This document shows, one piece after another, positions 35,140-46,473 of a DNA stretch of 64,000 bases. Both the position numbers and the translations under genes were made by a program. Numbering within the stretch: the first letter of the stretch is position 1; each line of letters starts with the position of its first letter. The stretch spans positions 489 to 64,488 of the forward strand of contig JADGRF010000120.1 of assembly GCA_017881055.1 (NCBI GenBank), in the 5' to 3' direction. Origin of the DNA: Sandaracinaceae bacterium (lineage in GTDB: Bacteria; Myxococcota_A; Polyangia; Polyangiales; JAFGIB01). Under the pieces are notes generated by a model that did no database searches, was not told the DNA's origin, and saw nothing but the letters and a program-made list of their open reading frames with translations.

Positions 35140-36344
35140 CAGCTAGCTCCCGTTCGTGTGGCGGGTTGCAGCATGCGGCTGAGCGCACGCGCGATCATCC
35201 GCTGCTCGTCGGTGGGAATGACGCGCACGGTTACCGGGCTGTCGTCGTCGGAAATCACGAGCGCGTTCTGCGCATTGCGTGCCTCGCTCAGGTGGATGCC
35301 GAGAAAGCCAAGGCCGTCGCAGATACGCGCGCGAATCGCCGGAGCGTGCTCGCCGATACCGCCGCTGAATACGAGGCTGTCCAGACCGCCGAGCGCAGCT
35401 GCAAACCCACCGAGCCACTTCTTGGCCTGGTAGCAGAACAGCGCGAGCGCCTCCCGGGCGCGCACGTCGCCGGCCTCCCGCGCCAGCAGCTCGCGCACGT
35501 CCGAGCTGACGCCGGACACACCGCGCAGCCCGGAGTCGTGGTTGAACAGGTCGGAGAGCTCCTGCACCGATAGGTGCTCGCTGCGCGACAGGTACGGCGC
35601 GATGCCCGGATCCAGGTCGCCGCTGCGCGTGCCCATCACCAAGCCCGAGGTTGGTGAAAAGCCCATGCTCGTGTCGATGCTCCGGCCGTCGCGCACGGCA
35701 GCGAGGCTGGCGCCGCTGCCGAGATGCGCGAGGATCACGCGGCCCGTCTGCGCGGCCGGATCGCCGAGGCGCTCGAGCTCCGACATCAGGTACGCGTACG
35801 ACAGGCCGTGAAAGCCGTAGCGACGCACGCCCTTCGCCTCGTAGCGGCGCGGGATGGGCAGCTGCGTGGCCACGCGCGGCATGCCGTGATGAAACGCGGT
35901 GTCGAAGCATGCCAGCTGACGCAGCTGCGGGAAGCGCGCGCGAACCGCCTCGATCAGCTCGAGTTCGAGCGGCAGGTGCTCCGGGTCGTAGGGCTGGATG
36001 CGGCGCAGCTCGGCGAGCAGCTCCGGCGTCAGCTCCTCGGGCTCGCTGTGCAGCATGCCGTGCACGACACGGTGCCCCACGGCCACCAGCGACCGAAGCT
36101 CGCTGCGCTGCGCAAGCCAGTCGACGAGAAACTCGGCCGCGCTGGGCTGTGCGGGCACCGGCACGCTGGGCTCGGCGCCGTTCGCGCCCTGGCACGTCAG
36201 CTGCGCCGTGGTCTCGCCGAGCCGCTCGAGCATGCCGTGCAGCGTGCGCTCCGGCGTCGGCGCCGCCGTATACACTGCGAATTTCAAGCTCGCCGAGCCG
36301 CCGTTCAGCGTCAACACGCAGGGGCCCGTCGAGGGGTGGTTCAT
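35139..36344 (-). CDS. ackA: Acetate kinase
   Basis: ATG 36344 ([25 protein letters not shown]). [18 protein letters not shown]. The TGA shares one base with the xfp ATG. Confidence 0.9.
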   Translation of the reverse strand: MNHPSTGPCVLTLNGGSASLKFAVYTAAPTPERTLHGMLERLGETTAQLTCQGANGAEPSVPVPAQPSAAEFLVDWLAQRSELRSLVAVGHRVVHGMLHSEPEELTPELLAELRRIQPYDPEHLPLELELIEAVRARFPQLRQLACFDTAFHHGMPRVATQLPIPRRYEAKGVRRYGFHGLSYAYLMSELERLGDPAAQTGRVILAHLGSGASLAAVRDGRSIDTSMGFSPTSGLVMGTRSGDLDPGIAPYLSRSEHLSVQELSDLFNHDSGLRGVSGVSSDVRELLAREAGDVRAREALALFCYQAKKWLGGFAAALGGLDSLVFSGGIGEHAPAIRARICDGLGFLGIHLSEARNAQNALVISDDDSPVTVRVIPTDEQRMIARALSRMLQPATRTGAS

Positions 36345-36346
36345 CG

Positions 36347-38005
36347 CTACCGTTGGCGCAGCTGCCGGTAGCGGCGCACGAGGGTGTTGGTGGAGCTGTC
36401 GTGGCCGAGCGTGGGCTCCTCCACGGCGGCGAGCTCCTCGGCGGTGCGCTTGGCCAGCGCCTTGCCCAGCTCTACGCCCCACTGGTCGAAGCTGTCGAGG
36501 TTCCAGATGACGCCTTGCACGAACACGCTGTGCTCGTAGAGCGCCACCAGCGTGCCGAGCGAGTACGGCGTCAGGCGCTGAACGAGCAGCGTGCTGCTCG
36601 GCCGATTGCCCTCGAAGACGCGATGCGGCACGAGCGCGTCGGCGACGCCTTCGGCCTTCACCTCGCCCGCGGTCTTGCCGAACGCAAGCGCCTCGCTCTG
36701 CGCGAACAGGTTCGCCATCAGCAGGTCGTGCTGCTCGCCGAGCGGATTGAGCGAGCTGACGAAGCCGAGGAAGTCGCAGGGAATCAAGCGCGTTCCCTGG
36801 TGCAGCAGCTGATAGAACGAGTGCTGGCCGTTGGTTCCGGGCTCGCCCCAGTACACGGGCGAGGTCGCGTAGTCGACCGGCGTTCCGTCCAGCGTCACGT
36901 GCTTGCCGTTGCTCTCCATGATCAGTTGCTGCAGGTACGCGGGGAAGCGCTGCAGGTATTGATCGTAGGGCAGCACGGCCACGGTTTCGGCGCCCAGGAA
37001 GTTCGCGTTCCAGATCCCGATGAGCGCCATCAGCACGGGCAGGTTGGTCGCGAGCGGCGCGCTGCGAAAGTGCGTGTCCATGGCGTGGAAGCCGTCGAGC
37101 AGCTCGCGAAAGTGCGCAGGGCCGATCGCCAGCATGGTCGAGAGGCCGATCGCGCTGTCCATCGAGTAGCGACCGCCGACCCAATCCCAGAAGCCGAACA
37201 TGTTGGCGGGGTCGATGCCGAACTTACCGACGGCCTGTGCATTCGTCGACACGGCGACGAAGTGTTTCGCGATGGCGTCTTCGTTTCCGAGCGCACGCAG
37301 GCACCAGGCGCGCGCGGCGCGGGCGTTGCTCAGCGTCTCGAGCGTGGTGAACGTCTTCGAGCAGACGATGAACAGTGTCTCCGCGGCGTCGAGATCGGCC
37401 ACCGCCTCGGCGAAGTCCGTGCCGTCGACGTTCGAGACGAAGCGCAGGGTCAGGTCGCGCTGGCTGTAGTGACGCAGCGCTTGGTACGCCATCACGGGGC
37501 CCAAGTCCGAGCCCCCGATGCCGATGTTCACGAGGTTGCGGATGCGCTTGCCGGTGTGGCCGGTGAAGGCTCCACTGCGCACGCGTTCCGCGAAGGCGGC
37601 CATACGCTCGAGCACGGCGTGCACATCCGGCACGACGTTCGCCCCGTCGACCAGGATGTTTTCCGAGACCGGCGCGCGCAGCGCCACGTGCAGCACGGCA
37701 CGTTGCTCGGTGACGTTGATCACATCGCCCCGAAACATTCCGGCGACGCGCGCCGGCAGCTCGCACGCCTCCGCCAGCTGGATCAAGAGGCGCAGCGTCT
37801 CGTCGCTGACCCGTTGCTTCGAGTAGTCGAGATACACGCCAACCGCTTCCGCGGCTAAGCGCTGACCGCGCCGGGAATCTTGTGCGAACAGGTCGCGCAG
37901 GTGGCGCTTGTCGAGCTGCGCGCGGTGCTCGCACAGCGCCTGCCACTCGGGTCGTGCGGTTAGCGAAGGATGACGTTCCGGCTTCGAGGCCACCGTGTTC
38001 TCCAT
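36347..38005 (-). CDS. pgi: Glucose-6-phosphate isomerase
   Basis: ATG 38005 ([21 protein letters not shown]). [11 protein letters not shown]. The stop is 2 nt before the ackA ATG. Confidence 0.9.
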   Translation of the reverse strand: MENTVASKPERHPSLTARPEWQALCEHRAQLDKRHLRDLFAQDSRRGQRLAAEAVGVYLDYSKQRVSDETLRLLIQLAEACELPARVAGMFRGDVINVTEQRAVLHVALRAPVSENILVDGANVVPDVHAVLERMAAFAERVRSGAFTGHTGKRIRNLVNIGIGGSDLGPVMAYQALRHYSQRDLTLRFVSNVDGTDFAEAVADLDAAETLFIVCSKTFTTLETLSNARAARAWCLRALGNEDAIAKHFVAVSTNAQAVGKFGIDPANMFGFWDWVGGRYSMDSAIGLSTMLAIGPAHFRELLDGFHAMDTHFRSAPLATNLPVLMALIGIWNANFLGAETVAVLPYDQYLQRFPAYLQQLIMESNGKHVTLDGTPVDYATSPVYWGEPGTNGQHSFYQLLHQGTRLIPCDFLGFVSSLNPLGEQHDLLMANLFAQSEALAFGKTAGEVKAEGVADALVPHRVFEGNRPSSTLLVQRLTPYSLGTLVALYEHSVFVQGVIWNLDSFDQWGVELGKALAKRTAEELAAVEEPTLGHDSSTNTLVRRYRQLRQR

Positions 38006-38250
38006 GTCGATGTGTTCGACGGCTTGCGACTCGGGATCCGAGCGATGTGAGCTTGCACGATGTAGGCCTCCGACGAAACATCGCCAGCCACAATGGCATA
38101 GGCACGGTCCGACGCGCGTTACGTCGACCACTCACATGCGCGCGAAATGCCGAAATGCAAATGGCAAGGTCGCGGATCCGGGCTGGACCGGCACGAGCGG
38201 GCGAGCCCATCATGGGCCGAAGCCACGAAAGCAACGCGCGGAGGCGACGA

Positions 38251-39264
38251 ATGCAACTCGGAATGATCGGACTCGGGCGCATGGGCGCCAACATGACGCG
38301 TCGCTTGTTGCGCGGGGGCCACACCTGCGTCGTGCACGACGTGGCCCAGGCGGCGGTCACGGCGCTGGCCGCCGAGGGCGCAGGCGCCAGCACGTCGCTC
38401 TCCGACTTCGTCGCGAAGCTGTCACGGCCGCGCGCGGTCTGGCTGATGGTTCCAGCTGCCGCCGTGGACGCGACGCTGGAGCAGCTGGCGCCCCTGCTCG
38501 AGAGCGGTGATATCGTGATCGACGGCGGCAACTCGTACTACCGCGACGACGTCGACCGCGCAGCGAAGCTCGCGACGAGCGGCCTACACTACGTGGACTG
38601 CGGCACCAGTGGCGGAGTGCTAGGCCTTGCGCGTGGCTACTGCCTGATGATCGGCGGCGAGCCCGCGGTGGTGCAGCACCTGGACCCGGTGTTCGCGACG
38701 CTTGCGCCGGGCGCGGGCGAGCTGGCGCGTACGCCGGGTCGCGAGCAGCGTGCAGGCACGGCCGAGCGCGGCTACCTGCACTGCGGACCGAACGGCGCCG
38801 GTCACTTCGTCAAGATGGTGCACAACGGCATCGAGTACGGGCTGATGGCTGCCTACGCCGAAGGGCTGAACATCCTGCGCCACGCCGATCTCGGCAAGCG
38901 CAGCGCCACGGCCGATGCCGAGACCACGCCACTGCGCGATCCGCAGTACTACCAGTACGACTTCGATCTGGCGGATGTCGCCGAGGTCTGGCGTCGCGGC
39001 AGCGTGATCTCGTCCTGGCTGCTCGATCTCACCGCCAGCGCGTTGGCTGCGGATCCCACGCTCGACAAGTTCGCCGGGCGCGTCTCCGACTCGGGCGAGG
39101 GGCGTTGGACGCTGCAGGCCGCGGTCGATGAAGCGGTTCCTGCGAACGTGCTGTCCGCCGCGCTATTCGAGCGCTTTGCGTCGCGCGGTCAGGCGGACTT
39201 TCAGGATCGCATCCTGTCGGCCATGCGCTTTCAGTTCGGTGGTCACCTGGAGAAGAAATCGTGA
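38251..39264 (+). CDS. gnd: 6-phosphogluconate dehydrogenase, decarboxylating, short (YqeC/GntZ-like) form
   Basis: ATG 38251 after GGAGG (38240-38244). [11 protein letters not shown] Rossmann motif. [14 protein letters not shown]. Confidence 0.85.
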   Translation: MQLGMIGLGRMGANMTRRLLRGGHTCVVHDVAQAAVTALAAEGAGASTSLSDFVAKLSRPRAVWLMVPAAAVDATLEQLAPLLESGDIVIDGGNSYYRDDVDRAAKLATSGLHYVDCGTSGGVLGLARGYCLMIGGEPAVVQHLDPVFATLAPGAGELARTPGREQRAGTAERGYLHCGPNGAGHFVKMVHNGIEYGLMAAYAEGLNILRHADLGKRSATADAETTPLRDPQYYQYDFDLADVAEVWRRGSVISSWLLDLTASALAADPTLDKFAGRVSDSGEGRWTLQAAVDEAVPANVLSAALFERFASRGQADFQDRILSAMRFQFGGHLEKKS

Positions 39265-40637
39265 GCGACGCGAAAGCAGCCTCGGACGCGCTGGTGTTCT
39301 TCGGCGCGAGCGGCGATCTCGCGTTCAAGAAGGTCTTCCCCGCGCTGCAGGCGATGGCGCGGCGCGGCCGGCTGAACGTACCGGTGGTTGGTGTCGCGCG
39401 CTCGAACTGGAAGCTGGAGCAGCTGCGCGCGCGGGCACGCGCGAGCATCGAGCAGCACGGCACGATCGACGAGGCGGCGTTCGCGAAGCTCTCGGCGGCG
39501 CTGCGCTACGTTGACGGCGACTACCACGACGACGCGACCTACGCCGCGCTGCGCAAAGAGCTCGGCGACGCCAAGCGCCCGCTGCATTACCTCGCGATCC
39601 CGCCGAGCGTGTTTGGCGTGGTGGTCGAGGGGCTCGCGAAGTCGGGCTGCTCCAACGACGCGCGCGTCGTGCTCGAAAAGCCGTTCGGCCGCGACCTCGC
39701 CTCGGCGCGCGCGCTCAACGCCACGCTGCACGGCGTGTTCGACGAGTCGGCGATCTTTCGCATCGACCACTACCTCGGCAAGGGCTCGGTCGAGAACCTG
39801 GCCATCTTTCGCTTCGCGAACACGTTCCTCGAGCCGGTCTGGAACCGCAACTACGTGGACAACGTACAGATCACCATGGCCGAGAGCTTCGGTGTGCAGG
39901 GCCGTGGCGCGTTCTACGAGGAAGCGGGCGCGCTGCGGGACGTGGTGCAGAATCACATGCTGCAGGTGGTCAGCCTTCTGGCCATGGAGCCACCGACCGC
40001 GAGCTACCACGACTCGATGCGCGACGAGCAGGTCAAGGTGCTGCGCGCGCTTCGGCCGCTGCGGCCCGAGGACGTGGTGCGCGGGCAGTTCAGCGGCTAC
40101 CGCAGCGTCGCCGGCGTCTCGCCGAGCTCGAGCGTCGAGACGTTCGCCGCGCTGCAGCTGCAGCTCGACTCCTGGCGCTGGGATGGCGTGCCGTTCTACA
40201 TCCGCGCGGGCAAGTGCCTGCCCGTGACCAGCACCGAAGTGTTGGTCACGCTGAAGCGCCCGCCGGTCGCGCAGCTGGCGCGCAGCGAGGCCAACTATTT
40301 TCGCTTTCGCTTGAGCCCCGACATGACGATCGCGGTCGGCGCGCGCGTGAAGCGGCCCGGCGAGGCGATGGTCTCCGAAGCGACCGAGCTGGAGATCGTG
40401 CAGCAGTCCCGCAACGACGAGCTCGAGCCCTACGAACGCTTGCTCGCGGACGCGATGGCGGGCGAGGCGATGTTGTTCCAGCGCGAGGACGGCGTGGAGG
40501 CGGCCTGGGCCGTGGTCGATCCGGTGCTCGGCGATGCCACGCCCGTGCACGAGTACGAGCCCGGAACCTGGGGCCCCGACCAAGCGCAGCAGCTGACGGC
40601 CGCGATCGGCGGCTGGCACGCGCCGGAGGGACGATGA
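39261..40637 (+). CDS. zwf: Glucose-6-phosphate 1-dehydrogenase
   Basis: GTGA overlap with gnd. [19 protein letters not shown]. Confidence 0.9.
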   Translation: MSDAKAASDALVFFGASGDLAFKKVFPALQAMARRGRLNVPVVGVARSNWKLEQLRARARASIEQHGTIDEAAFAKLSAALRYVDGDYHDDATYAALRKELGDAKRPLHYLAIPPSVFGVVVEGLAKSGCSNDARVVLEKPFGRDLASARALNATLHGVFDESAIFRIDHYLGKGSVENLAIFRFANTFLEPVWNRNYVDNVQITMAESFGVQGRGAFYEEAGALRDVVQNHMLQVVSLLAMEPPTASYHDSMRDEQVKVLRALRPLRPEDVVRGQFSGYRSVAGVSPSSSVETFAALQLQLDSWRWDGVPFYIRAGKCLPVTSTEVLVTLKRPPVAQLARSEANYFRFRLSPDMTIAVGARVKRPGEAMVSEATELEIVQQSRNDELEPYERLLADAMAGEAMLFQREDGVEAAWAVVDPVLGDATPVHEYEPGTWGPDQAQQLTAAIGGWHAPEGR

Positions 40638-42076
40638 AGATCCTGGCAGTGGACGTGGGTGGCCAGCACGTGAAGGCGCTGCTGTCCGGCAAGCGCACGC
40701 CGCGCCGCGTGGTCTCGGGCCCGAATATGACAGCTGCAACCATGGTCGACGCGGTCAAGCACATGACCGCCGACTGGAGCTACGACGCCGTGTCGCTCGG
40801 CTATCCGGGACCGGTGCTGCAGGGCAAGCCGTTCAGCGAGCCTCACAACCTGGCCGCCGGCTGGGTCGGCTTCGACTTCGCGGCGGCGTTCGGCAAGCCG
40901 GTGAAGGTCGTCAACGACGCAGCGATGCAGGCGCTCGGCAGCTACGCGGGCGGGCGCATGCTGTTCCTGGGTCTCGGCACCGGGCTCGGGTCGGCGATGA
41001 TCGTCGACGGCGTACTGCAGCCGATGGAGCTCGCTCACCTGCCGTACAAGAAGGGGCGCAGCTACGAGGACTACCTGGGCGCGCAGGGTCGTAGGCGCCT
41101 GGGCGACAAGAAGTGGCGCCACGTGGTCACCGACGTGACGCAGGCGCTGCGCGTCGCGCTGGAGGCCGATGACGTCGTGATCGGCGGCGGCGGTGCCGCG
41201 GCGCTGCACCATCCGCCTGAGGGTGCGCGCCTGGGCTCGAACAGCCACGCTTTTGTCGGAGGCTTTCGGCTGTGGCAGCGCCTGCAGGATCCGGTCGCTC
41301 CGCCGCTCACGCCCGGCCACGCGCGCGCGCCGCGCCCGAAGCCCACATCGGCGGTGTTCCTGTTCGACGTCGACAACACCCTGCTCGACAACGATCGCGT
41401 GATCGGCGATCTGCGCCGACACCTGCTGCACGAGCTGGGCCCCGAGCGCACGCAACACTACTTCGAGATCTTCGAGGCGCTGCGCACGGAGCTCGGCTAC
41501 GCCGACTACCTCGGAGCGCTGCAGAGCTACCGTGTTCACTATCCGCACGACCCGAACGTGCTCGCCGTGTCGGCGTTCCTCACCAGCTACCCGTTCGCGA
41601 ACCGCTTGTTTCCCGGCTCGCTCGACGTGCTCGAACACGCGGCGCGCTTCGGCACGACCGTGATCTTCAGCGACGGCGACGTGGTGTTCCAGCCGCGTAA
41701 GGTGGAACGATCGGGCCTATTCGAGGCGGTGCAGCGGCGCGTCTTGATCTACATCCACAAAGAGCACGAGCTCCACGATGTCGAGCGTCGCTTCCCGGCC
41801 GAGCACTACGTCTTGGTCGACGACAAGGTCCGGATCCTGACTGCCGTGAAGAAGCACTGGGGCAAGCGGCTCACGACCGTGTTCCCGCGCCAGGGGCACT
41901 ACGCGACCGCGCCCGACGTGCAGGACTATCCGCCCGCCGACGTCACGATCGAGCACATCGCCGATCTCTTGCAATACGACCTGCCCGCGCTGCAGCGCGC
42001 CGCCAGCTCGGGCACGAAGCGCTCGACGGCCAAGTCCAAATTCACGAAGCGCTCGAGGCCGCGACGGCGAGCGTGA
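40634..42076 (+). CDS. Fusion protein: ROK/PpgK-like glucokinase domain plus C-terminal HAD-superfamily hydrolase domain
   Basis: ATGA overlap with zwf. Kinase motifs [23 protein letters not shown] and [13 protein letters not shown] motif [14 protein letters not shown] and motif IV-like HYVLVDDK. Confidence 0.8.
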   Translation: MKILAVDVGGQHVKALLSGKRTPRRVVSGPNMTAATMVDAVKHMTADWSYDAVSLGYPGPVLQGKPFSEPHNLAAGWVGFDFAAAFGKPVKVVNDAAMQALGSYAGGRMLFLGLGTGLGSAMIVDGVLQPMELAHLPYKKGRSYEDYLGAQGRRRLGDKKWRHVVTDVTQALRVALEADDVVIGGGGAAALHHPPEGARLGSNSHAFVGGFRLWQRLQDPVAPPLTPGHARAPRPKPTSAVFLFDVDNTLLDNDRVIGDLRRHLLHELGPERTQHYFEIFEALRTELGYADYLGALQSYRVHYPHDPNVLAVSAFLTSYPFANRLFPGSLDVLEHAARFGTTVIFSDGDVVFQPRKVERSGLFEAVQRRVLIYIHKEHELHDVERRFPAEHYVLVDDKVRILTAVKKHWGKRLTTVFPRQGHYATAPDVQDYPPADVTIEHIADLLQYDLPALQRAASSGTKRSTAKSKFTKRSRPRRRA

Positions 42077-44453
42077 AGTCCGCGCCTTCCCAGCGGCCTT
42101 CGTCGGTCCAGAGAAACGTGAAACAGACGCGTGCGTCAGCTGGCAACGACTCGGTCGCCAGGTCGACGATGTGCAGGCCGAGCGTGGTGTCGGTGCTGGA
42201 GAGATCCTGGCTAGTGCGCCAGCCGTCGAAGCTGTAGTGCACCACCGCGGGCGCAAGGACTTCGATGCGCAGGCGCTTGCCGGCGGGAAAGGTCGCGCGC
42301 TGGTGGTTGAAGCGCCAGAACGCGAACGGCGACACGACCGGGCCGTGCGCGTAGCGCGCCACGGTCTGCGGCGGTCGATCGAAGAGCCGCCGATCGCGCA
42401 GCGAGCGGCACAGCTTGATGTACTCCGCGTGTGCCCAGACCAGAGGCATCGCGGAGCCGCTGCCCTGCGCGAAGAACAGCTCGCGGTCCGGGATGTCGGG
42501 CTGATCCCAGACCTGCTCGGGCAGAAGGCCCCCTTCGTTCGCGAACGCGCCGAGCGTGTCGAGCAGGCGCTGCGCTTGCTCCGGTCGGCCCGCGGCTAGC
42601 TCGTAGTGCGCGCGCTCGCCGGTCAGAAGCGGCCAAGGTCGACCGATGCCGGTGCCATCGAAGGCGCTTCCGTCGGCGTGCTCGCCGTAGCCGTCTTCGT
42701 TGTAGCGGTAGAAGACCGGTCCGCGCGGCGTCTCTAGCGCGAGCAGCGCATCGATCGTCTTGACCGTATCGACGATGCGCGGATCGAGCGCGTCGCGTAG
42801 GCCGAAGCGCACCAGCGCGAGCGCGTCGGGGCTCACGATCTGCTGCGCGATCGCCGCGGGAAAGTCTGGCGAGCGATTCTTGATCGGTACGAAGCCAGTC
42901 GCGGGCGAGGGCCCGTCCGCTGTGTCCGGCGCGGCGACGCGGATGTAGTACCCGGCGACGCCGACGCGCATGGCCAACTCCGTTCCGGTCACGTATGTCC
43001 ACTGCTCGACGCATTCGTTCCAGGCATCCGCGGTCTCGCGTAGTCGTGCCGCCACGGCGGGCTCGCCCTCGCTGTCGGCAAGCTCTGCCGCCACCAGCAA
43101 GCCCGCGATCGACACCGCCAGCGTGAACGGCGAATAGCCGGGATCCTCTTCCCAGCGATCCTGCTGCGTCACCGGCCCGGTGCGCGCGAGAAAGCCCGCT
43201 GCGCGTCGCACCATTGGCCAGTAGCGCGTGCGTTCGCTCTGCGCGAGCGCGCCCTCGCGCAACGCGAGATCGAGCAGCAGGATCGGAAACGCGGTCTCGT
43301 CGAGCTGGATGCCGGTCCAGAACGGGCTGCCGTCGAGCCACATGTTCTGCGGCCAGTGACCGTCGGCTTCCTGCGTGGCTTGCAGGTACGCGAGCACTTC
43401 GCGCGCATCGGCGTGCGCACCAGCGGCCAGCAGCGCGCCCGCGCTCTCGACCAGGTCGCGCGGCCAGACCAAGTGATAGCCACCGAGATCGTTGTCGCCC
43501 TTGGCGAAGCCCCACGGGATCGACAGGCTCGCGATCATACCGCCTGCGAATTGCTTGGCGCCGTGCGTGCCCAGCACCGCGCTGCTGGTGCGGAACAGGT
43601 CGGGCGAGGCGCCGTGCGCGTGCAGCTGCAGAAGGCTCTGTTGCCACGTGCGCCAGCCGGCGGTGAACGCGCGCTCGGTCTCCGTGAAGTCCTGCTGCAA
43701 GCTGGCGCGTGCGACTTGCCCGGCCTCGGACATGCTGCGACCGAACGCGATCGAGAGCACGGCCTCGCCGTCGCTGCCACGCAGATCGAGCTCGCCCGTC
43801 AGCGCCACGTTGCCGTCGCGCGCGCGCGCGTACTGCGCGAGCAGCTGCTTGTTGGCGGCGAGCTCTCGAAAGCCGTCGGAAGCGCCGACGAAGCCCACGG
43901 AGCGCGCGCGCCACGGCCGCGAGCAGGCCAGCGCGAGGGCCGTCGCCTCGCGCGTGGCGAAGAGCATCGGCACACCTTTGTAGTCCTGCACGTACGCGCT
44001 GTTGGCCGCGCCTTCGTTGTCGAGGTGGGGCGCCAAGAGCACGTAGACGCGGTAGTCGTCGAGCGTGCCGCGCAGGGGCACGAAGCGAATGTGCTGGAGC
44101 AGCGCGTCTCGCTCGGGGTCGCAGATCACGGTCTTCTCGATCCGGTAGCGCCCCTCCAGACACGTGTTGATCAGCCGATAGCCTGGAACGCCGTCCTCGA
44201 GCGGGCTCACCTGGGTGTGCGTCTGGCGCTTTTCCTCCGAGAAGAAGTCGCGGCCGTCAGTGACGATCAAGCCGCAGTCGCGCGTGCAGGCGCGATCGAG
44301 CCGCGGGAAGTAGATCTCGTTGAGAATGCCATGGCTGAGCGTGAACCAGACGTGGCTCGCGTCGCTGCGCGCAGTGCCGACGCCGGTCTTGGCGCTGGAG
44401 GTCCAGCGTGCGGGGATGCCCGGATGGCCTTTGGCCTCGAGATCTTGGTTCAT
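42042..44453 (-). CDS. GH15 glucoamylase (glucan 1,4-alpha-glucosidase), bacterial long form
   Basis: N-domain PARWTSSAKTGVGTA...VWFTLSHGILNEIYFPRLDRACTRDCGLIVTDG. (alpha/alpha)6 catalytic part. ATG 44453 preferred. The 3' end overlaps the convergent gene by 35 nt. Confidence 0.9.
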   Translation of the reverse strand: MNQDLEAKGHPGIPARWTSSAKTGVGTARSDASHVWFTLSHGILNEIYFPRLDRACTRDCGLIVTDGRDFFSEEKRQTHTQVSPLEDGVPGYRLINTCLEGRYRIEKTVICDPERDALLQHIRFVPLRGTLDDYRVYVLLAPHLDNEGAANSAYVQDYKGVPMLFATREATALALACSRPWRARSVGFVGASDGFRELAANKQLLAQYARARDGNVALTGELDLRGSDGEAVLSIAFGRSMSEAGQVARASLQQDFTETERAFTAGWRTWQQSLLQLHAHGASPDLFRTSSAVLGTHGAKQFAGGMIASLSIPWGFAKGDNDLGGYHLVWPRDLVESAGALLAAGAHADAREVLAYLQATQEADGHWPQNMWLDGSPFWTGIQLDETAFPILLLDLALREGALAQSERTRYWPMVRRAAGFLARTGPVTQQDRWEEDPGYSPFTLAVSIAGLLVAAELADSEGEPAVAARLRETADAWNECVEQWTYVTGTELAMRVGVAGYYIRVAAPDTADGPSPATGFVPIKNRSPDFPAAIAQQIVSPDALALVRFGLRDALDPRIVDTVKTIDALLALETPRGPVFYRYNEDGYGEHADGSAFDGTGIGRPWPLLTGERAHYELAAGRPEQAQRLLDTLGAFANEGGLLPEQVWDQPDIPDRELFFAQGSGSAMPLVWAHAEYIKLCRSLRDRRLFDRPPQTVARYAHGPVVSPFAFWRFNHQRATFPAGKRLRIEVLAPAVVHYSFDGWRTSQDLSSTDTTLGLHIVDLATESLPADARVCFTFLWTDEGRWEGADFTLAVAASSAS

Positions 44454-44531
44454 GGGCTGGCGCACGAGTGAAGCGGCGTACCGTAGCACCGACGCGCGCC
44501 CGCGCGTCGTGTCACAATCTGCCTGGAGCCG

Positions 44532-45299
44532 ATGGTGGAGACGGCGTGCGTACTCGTGTTTGCGGACCCCGCTGCGCTGATGCGTGGTGCGGCCGAGCGC
44601 GTGGTCGACGCGGCGGCGCGCGCCTGCAGCGCACGACGACGCTTTCTCTTCTGCCTGTCGGGCGGAAACACGCCGCGCGCCCTCTACGAGCTGTTGGCCA
44701 CACCCGCGTTCGCCGCGCGCATCGACTGGAGCCGCACCGAGCTGTGCTTTGGCGACGAGCGCTGCGTTCCACCTGACGCGCCCGAGAGCAACTACGGCAT
44801 GGTCGCGCAGGCGCTGCTACGACACGTGCCGCTCGATCCGGCGCGCATCCACCGCATCGCAGGCGAGCAAGAGCCGGTGCGTGCTGCGGCCGCTTACGAA
44901 GCCACGCTCGCGACTCTGTTGGGACGCTCGGCGTCGTCGGACACCCCGACGCACGGCTTCGACCTGGTCTTGCTCGGGCTCGGCGCCGACGGTCACACCG
45001 CGTCGCTCCTGCCCGGCTCGAACGACGAGCCCGGACGCTGGGTCTCGGCGCGCGGCGCTCACCCGCTTGCGCGCGTGACGCTCACGCCGCAGCTCTTGAA
45101 CAACGCGGAAGCCACGCTATTTCTCGTCTCGGGTGCACAGAAGGCCGAGCGGCTCGCGCAAGTGCTGTACGGTCCGCACGATCCGCTGCAGCTGCCTGCG
45201 CAGCGCATCGTGCCGACGGGTGAGCTGACCTGGCTCGTGGATGCGGCCGCGGCGACGCGACTCGATCCGCGCACGTTCCACGTGGAGCGTGGCACCTGA
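44532..45299 (+). CDS. pgl: 6-phosphogluconolactonase
   Basis: LSGGNTP, FGDERCVPPD and GLGADGHTASL motifs. Confidence 0.9.
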   Translation: MVETACVLVFADPAALMRGAAERVVDAAARACSARRRFLFCLSGGNTPRALYELLATPAFAARIDWSRTELCFGDERCVPPDAPESNYGMVAQALLRHVPLDPARIHRIAGEQEPVRAAAAYEATLATLLGRSASSDTPTHGFDLVLLGLGADGHTASLLPGSNDEPGRWVSARGAHPLARVTLTPQLLNNAEATLFLVSGAQKAERLAQVLYGPHDPLQLPAQRIVPTGELTWLVDAAAATRLDPRTFHVERGT

Positions 45300-45333
45300 C
45301 TGCGCGTGGACGTGCCAACGCGCTACGTCGCGC

Positions 45334-45349
45334 TGGCACGAGCATTGCT
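45334..45349 (+). promoter_or_regulatory. Sigma-54 promoter candidate TGGCACGAGCATTGCT (perfect match to TGGCACG-N4-TTGCW)
   Basis: Intergenic, 35 nt after the pgl stop and 58 nt before ATG 45407. Correct strand. Confidence 0.55.
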
Positions 45350-45406
45350 CTCCACTGAGCTGCGAACGCGGGCCTCGCTGCCGCGCGCAAGCAGGAGCTC
45401 GCTCGC

Positions 45407-45598
45407 ATGGCCCATACCAACCAGACCGCCAGACCGCCCCGCCTAGCGCGCAACGTGCTCGGCTTCGTGATTCTCTACGTACTCGCGTTCATGCTGGCGG
45501 TGTTTCTCGTGCATCGCTTTCCCGCCGTACAGGGCTCGCGGCATCACGACGGGCACAGCCTGCTCGTTCCCGAAAGATCTGCGTCGCGCGCGGCATGA
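45407..45598 (+). CDS. Small single-pass membrane protein (63 aa)
   Basis: AGGAG (45393-45397) 9 nt upstream. TM segment VLGFVILYVLAFMLAVFLV. The stop overlaps the next ATG as ATGA (45595-45598). Confidence 0.45.
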   Translation: MAHTNQTARPPRLARNVLGFVILYVLAFMLAVFLVHRFPAVQGSRHHDGHSLLVPERSASRAA

Positions 45599-46437
45599 GC
45601 GAGACGATTCTGCACGACAGCAATGCCTCACGCGCGCGCGGCGTGCTCGTGGAGAGCGGAGGACCCCCCATGTTGGAACGCATCCCCGATCTGCCCGCAC
45701 CACTCGATGGCTTCCTGGCCACAGGCAAGATATCCAGAGAAGACTACGAGCACACGTTCGAACCGCTGATCGACGCTGCGCGACGTGACGGACGTCGCCT
45801 GCGCTTGCTCTACCAATTCGGACCCGAGTTCCAGGGCTTCACACCGGGTGGCGTCTGGGAAGACGCCAAGCTCGGCCTGCGCTCGATACGCATGTTCGAC
45901 GGCTGCGCGATCGTCAGCGATGTGGCCTTCATCCGCGAAGCGACCAAGCTCGCAGGTTTCGTGATGCCGTGTCCGGTGCGCGTCTTCCCGAGCACCGAAC
46001 GCGGAGCGGCGGTCGCGTGGCTCGGCTCGTTGCCGGAAGTCGCGGCGGTGGTGCCGCGCCTGCTGGCGGACAGCGGCGTGATCGTCGTCGAGATTACGCA
46101 GGCCCTGCGCGCGCAGGACTTCGACGCGCTGGCCGACATCGCCGATGCCTGGATCAGCGCGCACGGCGAGCTACGCGGCCTGGTGATTCACATGCGCACG
46201 TTTCCCGGCTGGGAGAACTTCGGCAGCCTACTGCGGCACGTGCGCTTCGTGCGCGATCATCAGCGCAAGGTGCGGAGAGTCGCGTTCGCGGCCGACAGCC
46301 CGCTGGCAAGCCTCGGGCCTCAGCTTGGCGCACATTTCGTGGAAGCCGAGCTGAAGGGCTTCGGCTACGACGACGCGGCGACGGCCATAGCGTGGGCGGG
46401 CGGGCAGCCTGCGCGTCCGGCCACCGCGCAGACCTGA
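45595..46437 (+). CDS. Protein with two SpoIIAA-like STAS (DUF3478-type) domains
   Basis: Two similar halves (RLRLLYQFGPEFQGFTPGGVWEDAKLGLRSIRMFDGCAIVSD / LRGLVIHMRTFPGWENFGSLLRHVRFVRDHQRKVRRVAFAAD). An alternative start is ATG 45670. Confidence 0.7.
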   Translation: MSETILHDSNASRARGVLVESGGPPMLERIPDLPAPLDGFLATGKISREDYEHTFEPLIDAARRDGRRLRLLYQFGPEFQGFTPGGVWEDAKLGLRSIRMFDGCAIVSDVAFIREATKLAGFVMPCPVRVFPSTERGAAVAWLGSLPEVAAVVPRLLADSGVIVVEITQALRAQDFDALADIADAWISAHGELRGLVIHMRTFPGWENFGSLLRHVRFVRDHQRKVRRVAFAADSPLASLGPQLGAHFVEAELKGFGYDDAATAIAWAGGQPARPATAQT

Positions 46438-46473
46438 GGCAGTCCTGCCGCCACCCGCGCGCGAGTCGTCTCG

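Noticed and set aside
35651-37858. 735-aa plus-strand ORF, and the many other long alternate-frame ORFs (for example 4214-5845, 8407-9750, 10086-11600, 42211-44163, 60317-61930)
   Set aside because: Each overlaps a gene with clear family motifs (ackA/pgi, OMP, cysS, dnaJ-like, GH15, histidine kinase). Their translations are Arg/Ala/Gly/Pro-rich nonsense. Open frames are expected because stop codons are rare at this GC content.
38050-38067. AGGCCTACATCGTGCAA on the minus strand upstream of pgi, with correct GG-N10-GC spacing
   Set aside because: Only the dinucleotides and part of the -12 box match, and the -24 half is poor (AGGCCT). It is too weak to distinguish from chance in GC-rich sequence.
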